From Pseudobdellovibrionaceae bacterium (lineage in GTDB: Bacteria; Bdellovibrionota; Bdellovibrionia; Bdellovibrionales; Bdellovibrionaceae), in contig JBIKLL010000036.1 of NCBI GenBank assembly GCA_044359815.1, positions 1 to 25,084 of the forward strand: a stretch of DNA of 25,084 nucleotides, in the 5' to 3' direction. Below, in pieces: positions 1 to 10,043 of the stretch. The position numbers and the translations under genes are program-made. How positions within the stretch are numbered: position 1 is the first letter of the stretch; every line of letters begins with the position of its first letter. The notes beneath the pieces were generated by a model. It searched no databases. It had not been told where the DNA came from and saw only the letters and a list, made by a program, of their open reading frames with translations.

Positions 1-147
1 TAATGGCCCTTTTGCCAAGCCCTTTTGATCAGCAAGCTCTGACAAAAAATCAATAGAGCCAAAAACTTCGTAGCCCACACCCTGACATTCAATGATGGCA
101 TGATCACTAGTGACTTCGATGATTTTTCCATTCAGATAGCCGATCAT
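1..147 (-). CDS. ruvA: Holliday junction branch migration protein RuvA, N-terminal part (runs off the window)
   Basis: Manual translation from ATG at 147: MIGYLNGKIIEVTSDHAIIECQGVGYEVF..., with the RuvA N-terminal MIGxLxG and GVGYEV motifs. It lies directly downstream of ruvC and is not in the ORF track. Confidence 0.92.
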   Translation of the reverse strand, partial: MIGYLNGKIIEVTSDHAIIECQGVGYEVFGSIDFLSELADQKGLAKGPL

Positions 148-149
148 TT

Positions 150-695
150 TTAAACCTCTGCTTGTCGCTGAGCCTTCAAGATCAATTTATTTATTGGGTT
201 TTGCAATTGAAAAGCGTGATGAACTGCCAGCGCCAAAGCATCTGAGGCATCAATAGGCGAAAGATCTTTGATCATAAAATATCTTTGCAGGGCAATTTGC
301 ACCTGTACTTTGTCGGCGGCACCGCTTCCAGCAATGGTTTTTTTAACAACACGGGTCGCGTATTCAAAAACCTGAGCCTTAAGGTTTACTGATTCAGCAA
401 TCACCACCCCTCTGGCATGACCTAATTTAAAGGCGCTGTCTGCGTTTTTTCCCATAAATATTTTTTCGATACTGACCTGATCGGGACGGTATTTGCGCAG
501 TATTTCCTGAATGGACTGTGATAATTCACCCAATCTGTCAGGCAAAGGCTTTTGTTCAGACAGTTTTATAATCCCATGTCTTTTGTAAATCACTTTTTGC
601 TGAGCCCATTGCACGATCGCAAATCCTGTTATGCGACTGCCGGGATCGATTCCTAAAATGGTTATTGCATTGCCGTGATCAGGGTTCTGTGCCAA
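150..695 (-). CDS. ruvC: Crossover junction endodeoxyribonuclease RuvC
   Basis: ILGIDPGSRITG, IEKIF, KLGHARGV, GSGAADKVQV and DASDALALA motifs. TTG start at 695 has AGGA 5 nt upstream; exact start uncertain. Confidence 0.96.
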   Translation of the reverse strand: MAQNPDHGNAITILGIDPGSRITGFAIVQWAQQKVIYKRHGIIKLSEQKPLPDRLGELSQSIQEILRKYRPDQVSIEKIFMGKNADSAFKLGHARGVVIAESVNLKAQVFEYATRVVKKTIAGSGAADKVQVQIALQRYFMIKDLSPIDASDALALAVHHAFQLQNPINKLILKAQRQAEV

Positions 696-704
696 GCTAT
701 TCCT

Positions 705-1451
705 ATGTATAAAATTTCAAATGAGAGTTTAAAAAACTACGAAGAGCTTATGCGCAAAGATCCCTCCAGCCGCGCTTTTGCTCCGTTAGCTGAAGCCTAT
801 CGCGAACGTGGAAATCTGTCACAGGCGGAACGCTTGGCTCGAAGCGGCATCAAAAAAAATCCGACTTATTCAGCGGGTTTTACTTTGTTGGCCCGGGTGT
901 TAATGGATCTGGAGCGCCCCTTTGAAGCTATTGAAATTTTAGAAAAAGCCATAGACTTGGACCCACAAAATTTATTGGGATTTCAATTGTTGGGAACTTG
1001 CAGACTGATACTGGGCGAAACCAAAGAAGCTTTGCGTTCGTTTAAGATGGTTTTATTTTTAAATCCTCAACATGAAAAAGCCAAAATGGCTGTGACTAAA
1101 TTGGAAGGCATTACGGCCCTGGATTACGAGGAAGATATTTTTGAATATGGGCCTAATAAATCGACAGTCTTCAGTGAACCCAATCTGGATCAGCGCTTGG
1201 AAAAGAGTCTTTCGATGTTTGATGCCATGGTATTAAGAGGCAATTTTGAAAAAGCAAAAAATATTTTAGCTTTTTTAAAGCCACTGTTTCCCAATAACAT
1301 TGAAATAGAAACTCGCGAGCACGGATTAAAACGCCGTTCATTCACCAGTCCAGAACGGCCCGCTATACCTGCCAAACAAAAAAAACTGGCCAAACTGCAA
1401 ACACTTTTGGCTTCGGTTCAAAAGCTTTCGCAGCAAGAAAACCAAACCTGA
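705..1451 (+). CDS. Tetratricopeptide-repeat protein
   Basis: Helical TPR-type repeats (FAPLAEAYRERG..., LARVLMDL...AIEILEKAIDLDP, LGTCRLILGETKEALRSFKMVLFLNP). ATG at 705 preferred over the track start at 675, which overlaps ruvC. Confidence 0.85.
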   Translation: MYKISNESLKNYEELMRKDPSSRAFAPLAEAYRERGNLSQAERLARSGIKKNPTYSAGFTLLARVLMDLERPFEAIEILEKAIDLDPQNLLGFQLLGTCRLILGETKEALRSFKMVLFLNPQHEKAKMAVTKLEGITALDYEEDIFEYGPNKSTVFSEPNLDQRLEKSLSMFDAMVLRGNFEKAKNILAFLKPLFPNNIEIETREHGLKRRSFTSPERPAIPAKQKKLAKLQTLLASVQKLSQQENQT

Positions 1452-1459
1452 GATTTATT

Positions 1460-1490
1460 TTGACAACATTCACGGTGGGCAGTTTATAAG
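1460..1490 (+). promoter_or_regulatory. Possible sigma-70-type promoter for efp
   Basis: Perfect TTGACA at 1460-1465 and TATAAG at 1485-1490, but the 19-nt spacer is longer than optimal. SD CAGGAGA at 1498-1504. Confidence 0.35.
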
Positions 1491-1508
1491 ATTTAGACAG
1501 GAGAATGT

Positions 1509-2072
1509 ATGTACGAAAATGCAGATTTTAAAAAAGGGCTTCGCATTATGGTTGAAGGCTCACCTTATTCGATCATTGATTTTCAACATGTTAAACCAGG
1601 CAAGGGCAATCAGTTCACACGAACAAAAATGCGCAACCTTTTAACAGGTCAGCTTTTGGAGCGAACTTTTAAATCCGGTGAAAAATTTGAAGTTCCAAAT
1701 GTTGAAAACAAAGAAATGCAGTTTTTGTATAAAGACGATGGGGGATTTAATTTTATGAATCCTAGCTCCTTTGAACAAATCATGCTCAATGAAACTGAAG
1801 TCGGTGATTCAAAAAACTACCTGACTGAAAATATGGAAGTGGTTTTGTTTTTTTATAACGACCGACCGGTTTCTGTAGACGTACCAAAGGCTGTAAATCT
1901 GAAGGTTGCCCACACAGAGCCAGGCATCAAGGGCGACAGAGTCCAGGGTGCAACAAAGCCAGCTACCATGGAAACAGGACTTGTGGTCAGCGTTCCGCTG
2001 CATATTAATGAAGGCGATATGCTCAGGATAGACACGACCACCGGGGACTATGTTGGCAGGGTTAACGATTAG
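1509..2072 (+). CDS. efp: Translation elongation factor P
   Basis: HVKPGKG loop, EPGIKGD, KPATMETG, VPLHINEGD, IDTTTGDY; 187 aa; SD present. Confidence 0.98.
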   Translation: MYENADFKKGLRIMVEGSPYSIIDFQHVKPGKGNQFTRTKMRNLLTGQLLERTFKSGEKFEVPNVENKEMQFLYKDDGGFNFMNPSSFEQIMLNETEVGDSKNYLTENMEVVLFFYNDRPVSVDVPKAVNLKVAHTEPGIKGDRVQGATKPATMETGLVVSVPLHINEGDMLRIDTTTGDYVGRVND

Positions 2073-2166
2073 TCTTAACTTAATGCGTTAAGTCTCATTA
2101 CTTACTAATGAATCAGAGATAATTAAGTGTTCGCAAAAAGGATAGAAAATCCTTAAAAGGAGCACT

Positions 2167-3234
2167 GTGGAATCCACTCAATTTCATGATGAAATTGAAC
2201 TCGAAATTGCAATTTTGCTGAGCGAGCTCAAACAACCAGATTTGGTTGCCGACCGTTTGCTCAAAAAATATGAAGATATATTTTTATCAAAATCTCAGCT
2301 GCATTCAATATCGCAGTTTTTTATCCAATCGGGATTTAAGGAATCATTGCTTATTTTTTCTTTAAAGCATTTACAAATGAACAACGGACTATCGTGGCCG
2401 CACTTTGCGGAAGCTCTGTATACAAATCAAAATGCTGATAATCTGCTGATTGTAGAAACCTTGATCCGCGGCGCTCAGGAAACCGAAGCCTTGGATGAAT
2501 TATCAAAATCAAGTATTTATAAACTGAATCCTGAACTGGAAAAAGCCCGGGCCTCCAAAAAGCGCAGATTTTCACAGGAACTGGATATGCAAAAATCCGA
2601 ATGGCTTTCACAAGTGCAAATGTTCAAAAGCCAAAGGATGCAGGAAGAGGAATTAAACCTGCTGCTGAAACTTAAAAAATATTTCCCCCTTGATACAAAA
2701 ATCCAAGAAATGTTAAATGACTCCACCGCTCGAAAAGCCCAGCATTCGGCAGAGCAAACCGAGGTCAAGGAAAGTCACCAACACATCAGAAACATCTTGA
2801 AAGAACCTCGCTCTGCTGAGGATCAAACACTGTTGACCCTTTTGACTGAGCAGATTCAAGAGACTTTAAAAAAATCTGAAACTCATTTGGATGATTTTGT
2901 CTTGCTGTTTTGCTTTTTGGAAGCCTTTGATCATGCCGCCGAATTATACAAAACCTGCTCAAAAGTTCCCGAAGCCAGTAAATGGCTGTATCTGGAAGTC
3001 TTGATCCTGTCAGACCATTTTCTGGAAACCCTGCAACTGGTGCAGTCCATGGAAAGCAATTTTCAAGATGATCCTGACACTATGTTTGGATTAGCGTACT
3101 TAAAAGCTCAAGCTCTTTGGGGATTGAACCGTCGATTTGAAGCCATCGAAATTTTAGAACAAATCATTCAACTAAGACCCGATTACCGAACCGCCCAATC
3201 ATTATTGAGCGAATGGAGAACCTACACAGCATGA
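2167..3234 (+). CDS. TPR-like helical protein, positional equivalent of B. bacteriovorus Bd2492 / M. xanthus SgmX
   Basis: GTG start with AAGGAG SD. C-terminal TPR-like segment (YLKAQALWGLNRRFEAIEILEQIIQLRPDYR). Directly upstream of tamB-tamA with an ATGA overlap. Orthology inferred from synteny only. Confidence 0.7.
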   Translation: MESTQFHDEIELEIAILLSELKQPDLVADRLLKKYEDIFLSKSQLHSISQFFIQSGFKESLLIFSLKHLQMNNGLSWPHFAEALYTNQNADNLLIVETLIRGAQETEALDELSKSSIYKLNPELEKARASKKRRFSQELDMQKSEWLSQVQMFKSQRMQEEELNLLLKLKKYFPLDTKIQEMLNDSTARKAQHSAEQTEVKESHQHIRNILKEPRSAEDQTLLTLLTEQIQETLKKSETHLDDFVLLFCFLEAFDHAAELYKTCSKVPEASKWLYLEVLILSDHFLETLQLVQSMESNFQDDPDTMFGLAYLKAQALWGLNRRFEAIEILEQIIQLRPDYRTAQSLLSEWRTYTA

Positions 3235-6200
3235 AAAAGGCTCTGTGGATCACCCCATTAACATTGTTAGCGGCATTGATTGGTGTGTTGTATTATTCGC
3301 AGCCTTATATTTCAAAATTTGTACTGGAAAAAGTCATCGAAGCCATTGAATCTAAAGCACCCGTAAAAGTCAGCATCGAGACCTTTGATTATCATCTGTT
3401 CCTACCCAGAGTTGAGCTTGAAGGAATCAAAGTCAAAAGTCAGATGAAGGGCATTTCAGACCTGGACATCAAATTGATTGAAGCTTATTTGGACATCCCT
3501 GATTTAATAGCCGGGCAATTTTCATTGTCAGAGATCTGGATTCATGAAGTGGATTCCACAATCAGAATCGACCAATTGCCTAAAGACCCCAATTCAGAAA
3601 TGATAATCCCTGTGAAAGACATTTTGGCTTTGGCTCAAAAACTGCCCATAGCAAAAATCTTTGCAAAAAACTGGAAACTCAACATTTTGTCCACCGAAGA
3701 CAAATTAAATATTCCCCTTAATGATTTGTCCCTACTTATTAAAAACTCAAAATCTAAACTGGAAGCCCGTGGCAGTCTGCAAATCGCCGAAGGTAAAATA
3801 AAAACCTATAGTAATCCTCAAACTGATTTGGCTCTGGTTATGACTTTGAACAAATCGGCTATAGAAATTGATCAGTTGATAGTTTCTGCTTTGGATTCAA
3901 AAATTCAACTGGAAGGGGTGTTTCAAAATCCTGAAAAGCTATTATTAAACCCCGAAGGTAAAATTAAATACGATATGTCCCTGACCACCGACAAGCTCAG
4001 CTTAGAAACAAAAAAATATTTAAAGTTCCCTGCCCTGCAGGGCCTGCTATTGTCACAGGGTGAACTGACCATCAATGGAATAAAAAATATCAAGGCAACG
4101 GGCGCTTTGAAATCCCAAGCTCTTAAGGTCGACGAATTTTGGATTGGCGATGTTTTTTTAAAAGCCCAGTTCGCTGATAAAAAAATCACTTCAGACAAAA
4201 TAGAAATTAAAAACCCAGGCGGACGCGCAACACTGAACAATGTTGAATGGAAATACAATAATGAAAATAGTTTTCAGTCTTGGATCAAAGGTGAGCTGGC
4301 CACTAAGCACATTGATCTGCACGAGCTCTTGAAAGCACTGGATGTGGGCGACCTCCCCCTGGAGCTTTTAATTGAAGGAAATCTGAACTGCGAAGGTCCG
4401 CTGAGCCCAACACCCAATGTCACGTGCAAAGGAAAGCTTGGCGGAAACAATATGGAAGTCCGCTCGGGAGATCAAGCCACAGACATTATCGCAGCCCTTG
4501 ATGAGTTTGAAACTCAAGGATCAGTCACCATTACCAATCAACAAGTTTCTTATGCAGCTCAATTAAATGTACAAGGTGATGCCGGAAAATCCGAAGGAGT
4601 GATTCATTACGACAATGGCTTTCAAATTTCTTTTGAAACTCCTAAGCTGAGTTTCGGAAAAGTCCGATCCTTGGCAAATCTGAATATTGAGGGTGAAACC
4701 GGCCTGAAAGGCACGACTTCCGGTGATTCTAATGCTGCAGTATTTGAATTAGCCTTTGAAGGTAAAAATATGTTTCTAGAAAACTATTTTTTAGGTGAAC
4801 CTAAAGGCAACATAACCTACAAATCGGGAAGATTAAAGTTTTTAAATACTCGCAGTCGCATTGGCACTAGCTATCTGGATGCAGAAATCGAACTGAATCT
4901 GCCAGAAAAACAAATCGAAATTTCTGCCAAGGGTGATCACATGAACCTAGGTGATTTACCACCGATTTTTTATCACCTTTATGAATTCCCCTTCGAATTG
5001 GCTGGCAGCGTGGATATGAACGCTAAAATCTGGGGGCCCTTAGTTCTGAATCAGCTTTCCTATGATGCAAAATTTAATCTGCATAATCCTATCGTACGAG
5101 GCGAGCGATTTGACAGTGGGTTTATCAGTGTGGCTTCTGACCGAGGACAATTTGAAATCCGTGAAGCCAAGATTTATAAAAACAAGTCAATTGTGTCGGC
5201 CAGTGGATTAGGGTTTCCCGATGGACAGGTTAATTTCTTGGTCAGAGGGTCCAGATTTTTGCTGGAGGAATCAGAAACCGTCACCAAAATTGGCACTGAT
5301 ATTTCAGGAGTGTTTGATTTTGCATTGGACCTGACAGGACCCATATTTTCACCCGATGTGAAATTTAACGGCAGGATCAGCGATTTAACTGTGGATCAGG
5401 AAGAACTGCAGAATTCAGAAGCTTCGGTTAAATTTTCTAAGCGCTTCATCGAAGGCAGCGCAAACTTTCTGAACGGCAAAGTCAAAAGCCAGTTCCAGCT
5501 ACCCTTTTCCGCTGATGACCCAATGAGATTAAATATCAAAACCATCAACTGGAACTATTCATCATTGGCCGCACTGATCGGTGGCGGAGATTTGATAAAA
5601 AGCTATCAAAGTGGTTTGACGGCCTTTTTAGACTTGAACTCTGAAAGGGGCGGAATCTGGAATGCCACAGGAACTGGCGAAGTTAAAAAAATATTCTTAA
5701 AACGCGACAATTTGTCTTTTGAAAACACTCAGCCCATCCTGTTGACTATGAACAAGGGTAAAATCAGTTTAAAAGATTTTATCTTGTTGGGACCTGAAAC
5801 AAATCTGGAACTAAAGGGCGAGGATTTTACCAGCCAAAGACTGAATGTAACTGCAAAGGGCAGTACCAACCTGCGTCTGCTGCATGTGTTTTTACCTTTC
5901 CTGGAAGATCTTAGCGGAAAAGCCACAATTTCAACTAATTTTGCAGGTCCCATTACCAAACCTGAAATTTATGGATCTGCTCAGCTGCAAAATGGTTTTA
6001 TTAAAATCAAAGGCTTCCCCCACCCCTTTGAACAATTGCTGGGACAAGTTCAGTTTTCACAAAACAAAATCATCATCGAAAAAATCTCGGGCCTGTTAGC
6101 AACCGGAAAACTGCTGGGCAGCGGATCCATATTAATCGAAGAAAGAAACTTGAATTGTAATATCAAAGCCAATTTGCAAAATGCGACTTTCAATGTGCCT

Positions 6201-7178
6201 GACAAAATACAAACCACAGGCAATGCTGATGTTACGTTGACTGGAAATTGGTTTCCATTTCTGTTGTCTGGAACTTATCACGTACAAGGCGGTCTGTTCA
6301 GAAAAGAATTTACTGAAGAGACTGGGCGCGCTGTGATCAAACAATCAAGCTACCTGCCTAAAGTGATTTTGCAAAAATCTTTTGAGCCCCTATTGCTGGA
6401 TTTACAAATTAATTTTGATAAGCCCTTGGCCATAAAAAACTCTATGGTGGATGGTTCAGTTGATGGGGCCTTGCAAATCAAGGGTCCCCCCAGATCACCT
6501 ACAATTTTAGGAAAACTGAATATGGGCAAGCAATCAAAACTGACCTTCCGAGACAAAATATTCGAAATCACCACAGCCAATGTGAATTTCAATGACCCCG
6601 ACCAACTAGATCCAGAAATTTATCTGAATGCCAGGAGTCGTATCAATGAATACGATGTCTCGTTGCTGGCTCAGGGTAAAGGTAAAAACAGATTGATCCG
6701 TTTAACCAGCGTGCCTCCCTTGGCTGAAAAAGACATTATTTCGTTACTTGCTCTGGGCATAACCTCGGACAATTTGGCAAAAAAATCTACACAGGATCAA
6801 AACGAATCCAATGCCTACAATGAACTGGGTGCACAGATATTGGCCAACACTCCTTTGTCAAAAAATCTGCAGCAAAATTTGGGAGTGGACTTGCAAATCA
6901 CTAACCAATACGATGACACCAAGGGAGCTGCTGTGCAAAAAATCACTTTGTCACGTAAGATCAGCGAAAAAGTGAACGCCTCTGCCAGCAGACTGCAGGG
7001 TAAGCAAAGTTCGACCGAGGTAAAATTGCAGTACAAAATTAACAATAACGTTTCAGCTATTGGCACATATGAAAACAGATCGACCAGTGAAACAGGTGTC
7101 AATAATTCCAATCAAGACCAGGGATCAACACAAAGTATTTTTGGGATCGACTTGGAGTACAAGAAGGAATTTAAGTGA
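3231..7178 (+). CDS. tamB: Translocation and assembly module TamB (AsmA-like, C-terminal DUF490-type domain)
   Basis: About 1315 aa with an N-terminal TM anchor, a beta-rich body and a C-terminal LTSVPPLAEKDIISLLALG...GIDLEYKKEFK region. Precedes an Omp85 gene. ATG at 3231 overlaps the upstream TGA. Confidence 0.88.
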   Translation: MKKALWITPLTLLAALIGVLYYSQPYISKFVLEKVIEAIESKAPVKVSIETFDYHLFLPRVELEGIKVKSQMKGISDLDIKLIEAYLDIPDLIAGQFSLSEIWIHEVDSTIRIDQLPKDPNSEMIIPVKDILALAQKLPIAKIFAKNWKLNILSTEDKLNIPLNDLSLLIKNSKSKLEARGSLQIAEGKIKTYSNPQTDLALVMTLNKSAIEIDQLIVSALDSKIQLEGVFQNPEKLLLNPEGKIKYDMSLTTDKLSLETKKYLKFPALQGLLLSQGELTINGIKNIKATGALKSQALKVDEFWIGDVFLKAQFADKKITSDKIEIKNPGGRATLNNVEWKYNNENSFQSWIKGELATKHIDLHELLKALDVGDLPLELLIEGNLNCEGPLSPTPNVTCKGKLGGNNMEVRSGDQATDIIAALDEFETQGSVTITNQQVSYAAQLNVQGDAGKSEGVIHYDNGFQISFETPKLSFGKVRSLANLNIEGETGLKGTTSGDSNAAVFELAFEGKNMFLENYFLGEPKGNITYKSGRLKFLNTRSRIGTSYLDAEIELNLPEKQIEISAKGDHMNLGDLPPIFYHLYEFPFELAGSVDMNAKIWGPLVLNQLSYDAKFNLHNPIVRGERFDSGFISVASDRGQFEIREAKIYKNKSIVSASGLGFPDGQVNFLVRGSRFLLEESETVTKIGTDISGVFDFALDLTGPIFSPDVKFNGRISDLTVDQEELQNSEASVKFSKRFIEGSANFLNGKVKSQFQLPFSADDPMRLNIKTINWNYSSLAALIGGGDLIKSYQSGLTAFLDLNSERGGIWNATGTGEVKKIFLKRDNLSFENTQPILLTMNKGKISLKDFILLGPETNLELKGEDFTSQRLNVTAKGSTNLRLLHVFLPFLEDLSGKATISTNFAGPITKPEIYGSAQLQNGFIKIKGFPHPFEQLLGQVQFSQNKIIIEKISGLLATGKLLGSGSILIEERNLNCNIKANLQNATFNVPDKIQTTGNADVTLTGNWFPFLLSGTYHVQGGLFRKEFTEETGRAVIKQSSYLPKVILQKSFEPLLLDLQINFDKPLAIKNSMVDGSVDGALQIKGPPRSPTILGKLNMGKQSKLTFRDKIFEITTANVNFNDPDQLDPEIYLNARSRINEYDVSLLAQGKGKNRLIRLTSVPPLAEKDIISLLALGITSDNLAKKSTQDQNESNAYNELGAQILANTPLSKNLQQNLGVDLQITNQYDDTKGAAVQKITLSRKISEKVNASASRLQGKQSSTEVKLQYKINNNVSAIGTYENRSTSETGVNNSNQDQGSTQSIFGIDLEYKKEFK

Positions 7179-10000
7179 TTCTAAAATTCCTTGTTTTTAT
7201 TTTACTGATTCCTTGGCATAGCTTTGCGCAATCAATTGATCTATCTGAATTGCCCGCAGACATTAAAAAGCAGGTTATCAGTAAATTTAAATTTCTGCAG
7301 GACAATGATCCCGAAGAAGAGAAAAAGAAAGATTCGAAATCCAAAGAATCAAAATCCATATCAAACAGTAAAATCAATTTACCCTTTTTGGATGAACTGA
7401 TTCAGTATTTGATCACTGAAATGCAGTTTAGCCGTGTCTCGGCCGAAGAAACTTCACCTCAAAAATACAAAATTTATTATCAACTGACAAAAAAAATTCA
7501 GAAAATCGAGATCTCTGGCAATCGATCAACATCCAGCTCTGAGCTCAGAAACGAATTTGCAATCAGTGAAAAAACAATCTTTGATAAAAACGCTATCATT
7601 GAAGGTGCTGAAAAAATCAGACAGTACTACAATGAAAAAGGCTTTCCTGATGCCAAAGTCGAACTGTCTCTGTCCGAACCCAATAAAGCCTTTGTTGAAA
7701 TCGGGATTAGAATCATCGAAGGCCCTCAGCAGAAAATAAAAACGGTTGAATTTATCTGTCCCAATCTGGCTTTGGTTCAATTGCTAAAACGCAAATCCAA
7801 ATCTTATTCCAACGAGCCATTGACAGCGAAAGTGATGCAGCAATTGAAAAAGGATCTGATGAAGGCTTTGTCTGAAAATAATTATTTCAGAACTGATTTA
7901 CTGGAGCCTGAATTGGTGCAAGCCTCAGATAAAAAATCGTATTCACTGATTTACCGTTTGCCATTTTATGACAAATACAAACTGGAGTTTGACGGAAATA
8001 TTTCAATCAGCGCCAGGGCACTGGAATCAGCCATGGATATTGAAAACTACCACACAGCCAATCCACAGATAGCAGCCGAGCTGGGTTCCCGAATCAAAAA
8101 CCATTATCTGTCCCAGGGTTATGCTCGTGCCGAGATCAAAGAGTCAGAAACTGTGAACGAAAAGGCTTTTTTAAGAACGATTAAATTTAGTGTGCAAGAA
8201 GGTCCTCGGATTAAAATCAAAAGCATCGAGTTTTTTTCGCGCAATCAGGATAGTCATCAATCATACCGAGATTTTATTTTTACAAATGGCGGAGAAGTTT
8301 TAGCTGAAGGTTATTATGTTCGTGAAGAGTTAGATCATGGACTGAATGCCCTGATTGTTGATTTACAAAACAGAGGTTATTTGAAATCTAAGATCATCAG
8401 CTCCCGATCGACCTTTGATAAAGATAAAAAAACCATGACGGTATTTATTAATTTGGATGAAGGCCCCGTGACCTATCTGCAAAAACTGGCTTTTGAAGGC
8501 AATAAATCATTTTCTCAAGACACTTTAAAAAATCTGCTACCCATCAAAGAAAAAGAGCCCTTGCAATTGAATCTGCTGGAAGAGGCTTTGGACAAGGTCA
8601 AATCCCATTATCAGGAGCAGGGATTTATTGAAATGACTATCCTGAATGAAAAAGCTGACCTGGTAAAATACAACGAAGACAATACTAAGGCCGAAGTCAT
8701 TATCCGCATCAACGAAGGCCCCAAAGTGATAGTGGGCTCGATTATTTTAGAGGGAAACACTTTCACCAAAGACTACGTGCTGATGAAGGAATTGGAATTC
8801 AGCAACGGCGAAATCTTAACACCCTCTAAAATTGACGAAAGCTTAAAGCGGCTTCAACGTCTGGGGATTTTTGGCAGTGTTGATATTAAAATGCTCGAAG
8901 AAAGATCCAGCATTTCGGTCAGAACAATTATTGTCAGAGTCTCTGAAAGGGACCCTGGATTATTTAATTTTGGCTTGGGTGTAAATAATGAAAGACAACT
9001 GACATTGCGAGGCTACACAGGGGTTGCGTACAGAAATATTGGCGGGACGGCTCGCGCAGCCAGCCTGAGGTTTGACGGAAATTACAACGTAGCTGAGGTG
9101 AAGTATTTGGAAAACAAAATCACCGTAGGATATTTAGAACCTTACATTTTGAATTCCCGTGTGCGTGGAAGATTAAATCTGACCCGGTCAAAAACCATCA
9201 ATGACCAAATCACAGACAACAGCCGGGGGATTGAAACCAATCAAACCTCTTGGGCCTTTGAGCAGGACATAACCTCGCACATCACAGCCACCTACGAATT
9301 ATTAAGCATCGCTACCATCAAAGACTTTGCCATCAATGGTGAAGATTGCATCACTTGCACCACGATCAATATCGCATCGACAGGTCCGACATTGGACATC
9401 GATTACCGTGATCACCCCTTCAACCCCACCAAAGGCACTTTTACCAGGATGAGTCTAGAGTACGCCTCGCCAAGCCTTGGAAGCTCGCGCACCATCCAAT
9501 ATTTAAGGGGTTTTGCTTCGTTTTCACATTATTGGTCACCTTGGAAACCCGGATGGACCTGGGCTAACTCGTTTCGCTACGGGTATTTGGAAAACCTCAG
9601 CAAAGAAACCGACGGAGGAGTTCCTTATGATAAAAAGGGCTTGGTCATGGGGGGACAGTCCACTATCAGAGGCTTTGAGGGTAAAGAAGCTTTTCCCAAT
9701 GAACAATTTGATTTTGGCCCAGGGTATTTACTGACCACCCAAGCTGACAGTTATTTGATCAAATCTGAAATCCGCTTTCCTGTTTACAAAAATTTTGGCG
9801 GGGCGGTTTTTTATGACGGCGGTGCCGTCGTGATTAAAGATCTTTATATCGAAGATTCTTATCGCGACGCCGTAGGTATCGCGGCTCGTTACAATACTCC
9901 GGTGGGAGCGGTGTCTTTTGAGTTCGGTTACAAATTGGACACCATAGCCAAGCGTAACGAAAATCAATGGGCCTTGCATATTTATATCGGAACATTCTAG
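7175..10000 (+). CDS. Omp85-family outer membrane protein (TamA/BamA-like) with multiple POTRA domains
   Basis: Signal peptide (..SFA/QS), repeated POTRA motifs (IEISGN, LAFEGN, IILEGN, YxxxGY/F), DYRDHPFNPTKG, the loop-6 IRGF motif, TPVG and a terminal Phe. GTGA overlap with tamB. Confidence 0.93.
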   Translation: MILKFLVFILLIPWHSFAQSIDLSELPADIKKQVISKFKFLQDNDPEEEKKKDSKSKESKSISNSKINLPFLDELIQYLITEMQFSRVSAEETSPQKYKIYYQLTKKIQKIEISGNRSTSSSELRNEFAISEKTIFDKNAIIEGAEKIRQYYNEKGFPDAKVELSLSEPNKAFVEIGIRIIEGPQQKIKTVEFICPNLALVQLLKRKSKSYSNEPLTAKVMQQLKKDLMKALSENNYFRTDLLEPELVQASDKKSYSLIYRLPFYDKYKLEFDGNISISARALESAMDIENYHTANPQIAAELGSRIKNHYLSQGYARAEIKESETVNEKAFLRTIKFSVQEGPRIKIKSIEFFSRNQDSHQSYRDFIFTNGGEVLAEGYYVREELDHGLNALIVDLQNRGYLKSKIISSRSTFDKDKKTMTVFINLDEGPVTYLQKLAFEGNKSFSQDTLKNLLPIKEKEPLQLNLLEEALDKVKSHYQEQGFIEMTILNEKADLVKYNEDNTKAEVIIRINEGPKVIVGSIILEGNTFTKDYVLMKELEFSNGEILTPSKIDESLKRLQRLGIFGSVDIKMLEERSSISVRTIIVRVSERDPGLFNFGLGVNNERQLTLRGYTGVAYRNIGGTARAASLRFDGNYNVAEVKYLENKITVGYLEPYILNSRVRGRLNLTRSKTINDQITDNSRGIETNQTSWAFEQDITSHITATYELLSIATIKDFAINGEDCITCTTINIASTGPTLDIDYRDHPFNPTKGTFTRMSLEYASPSLGSSRTIQYLRGFASFSHYWSPWKPGWTWANSFRYGYLENLSKETDGGVPYDKKGLVMGGQSTIRGFEGKEAFPNEQFDFGPGYLLTTQADSYLIKSEIRFPVYKNFGGAVFYDGGAVVIKDLYIEDSYRDAVGIAARYNTPVGAVSFEFGYKLDTIAKRNENQWALHIYIGTF

Positions 10001-10043
10001 TATAAGACCCAAAATCTAAAGCAATTTCAGCAAAGGATATTTC

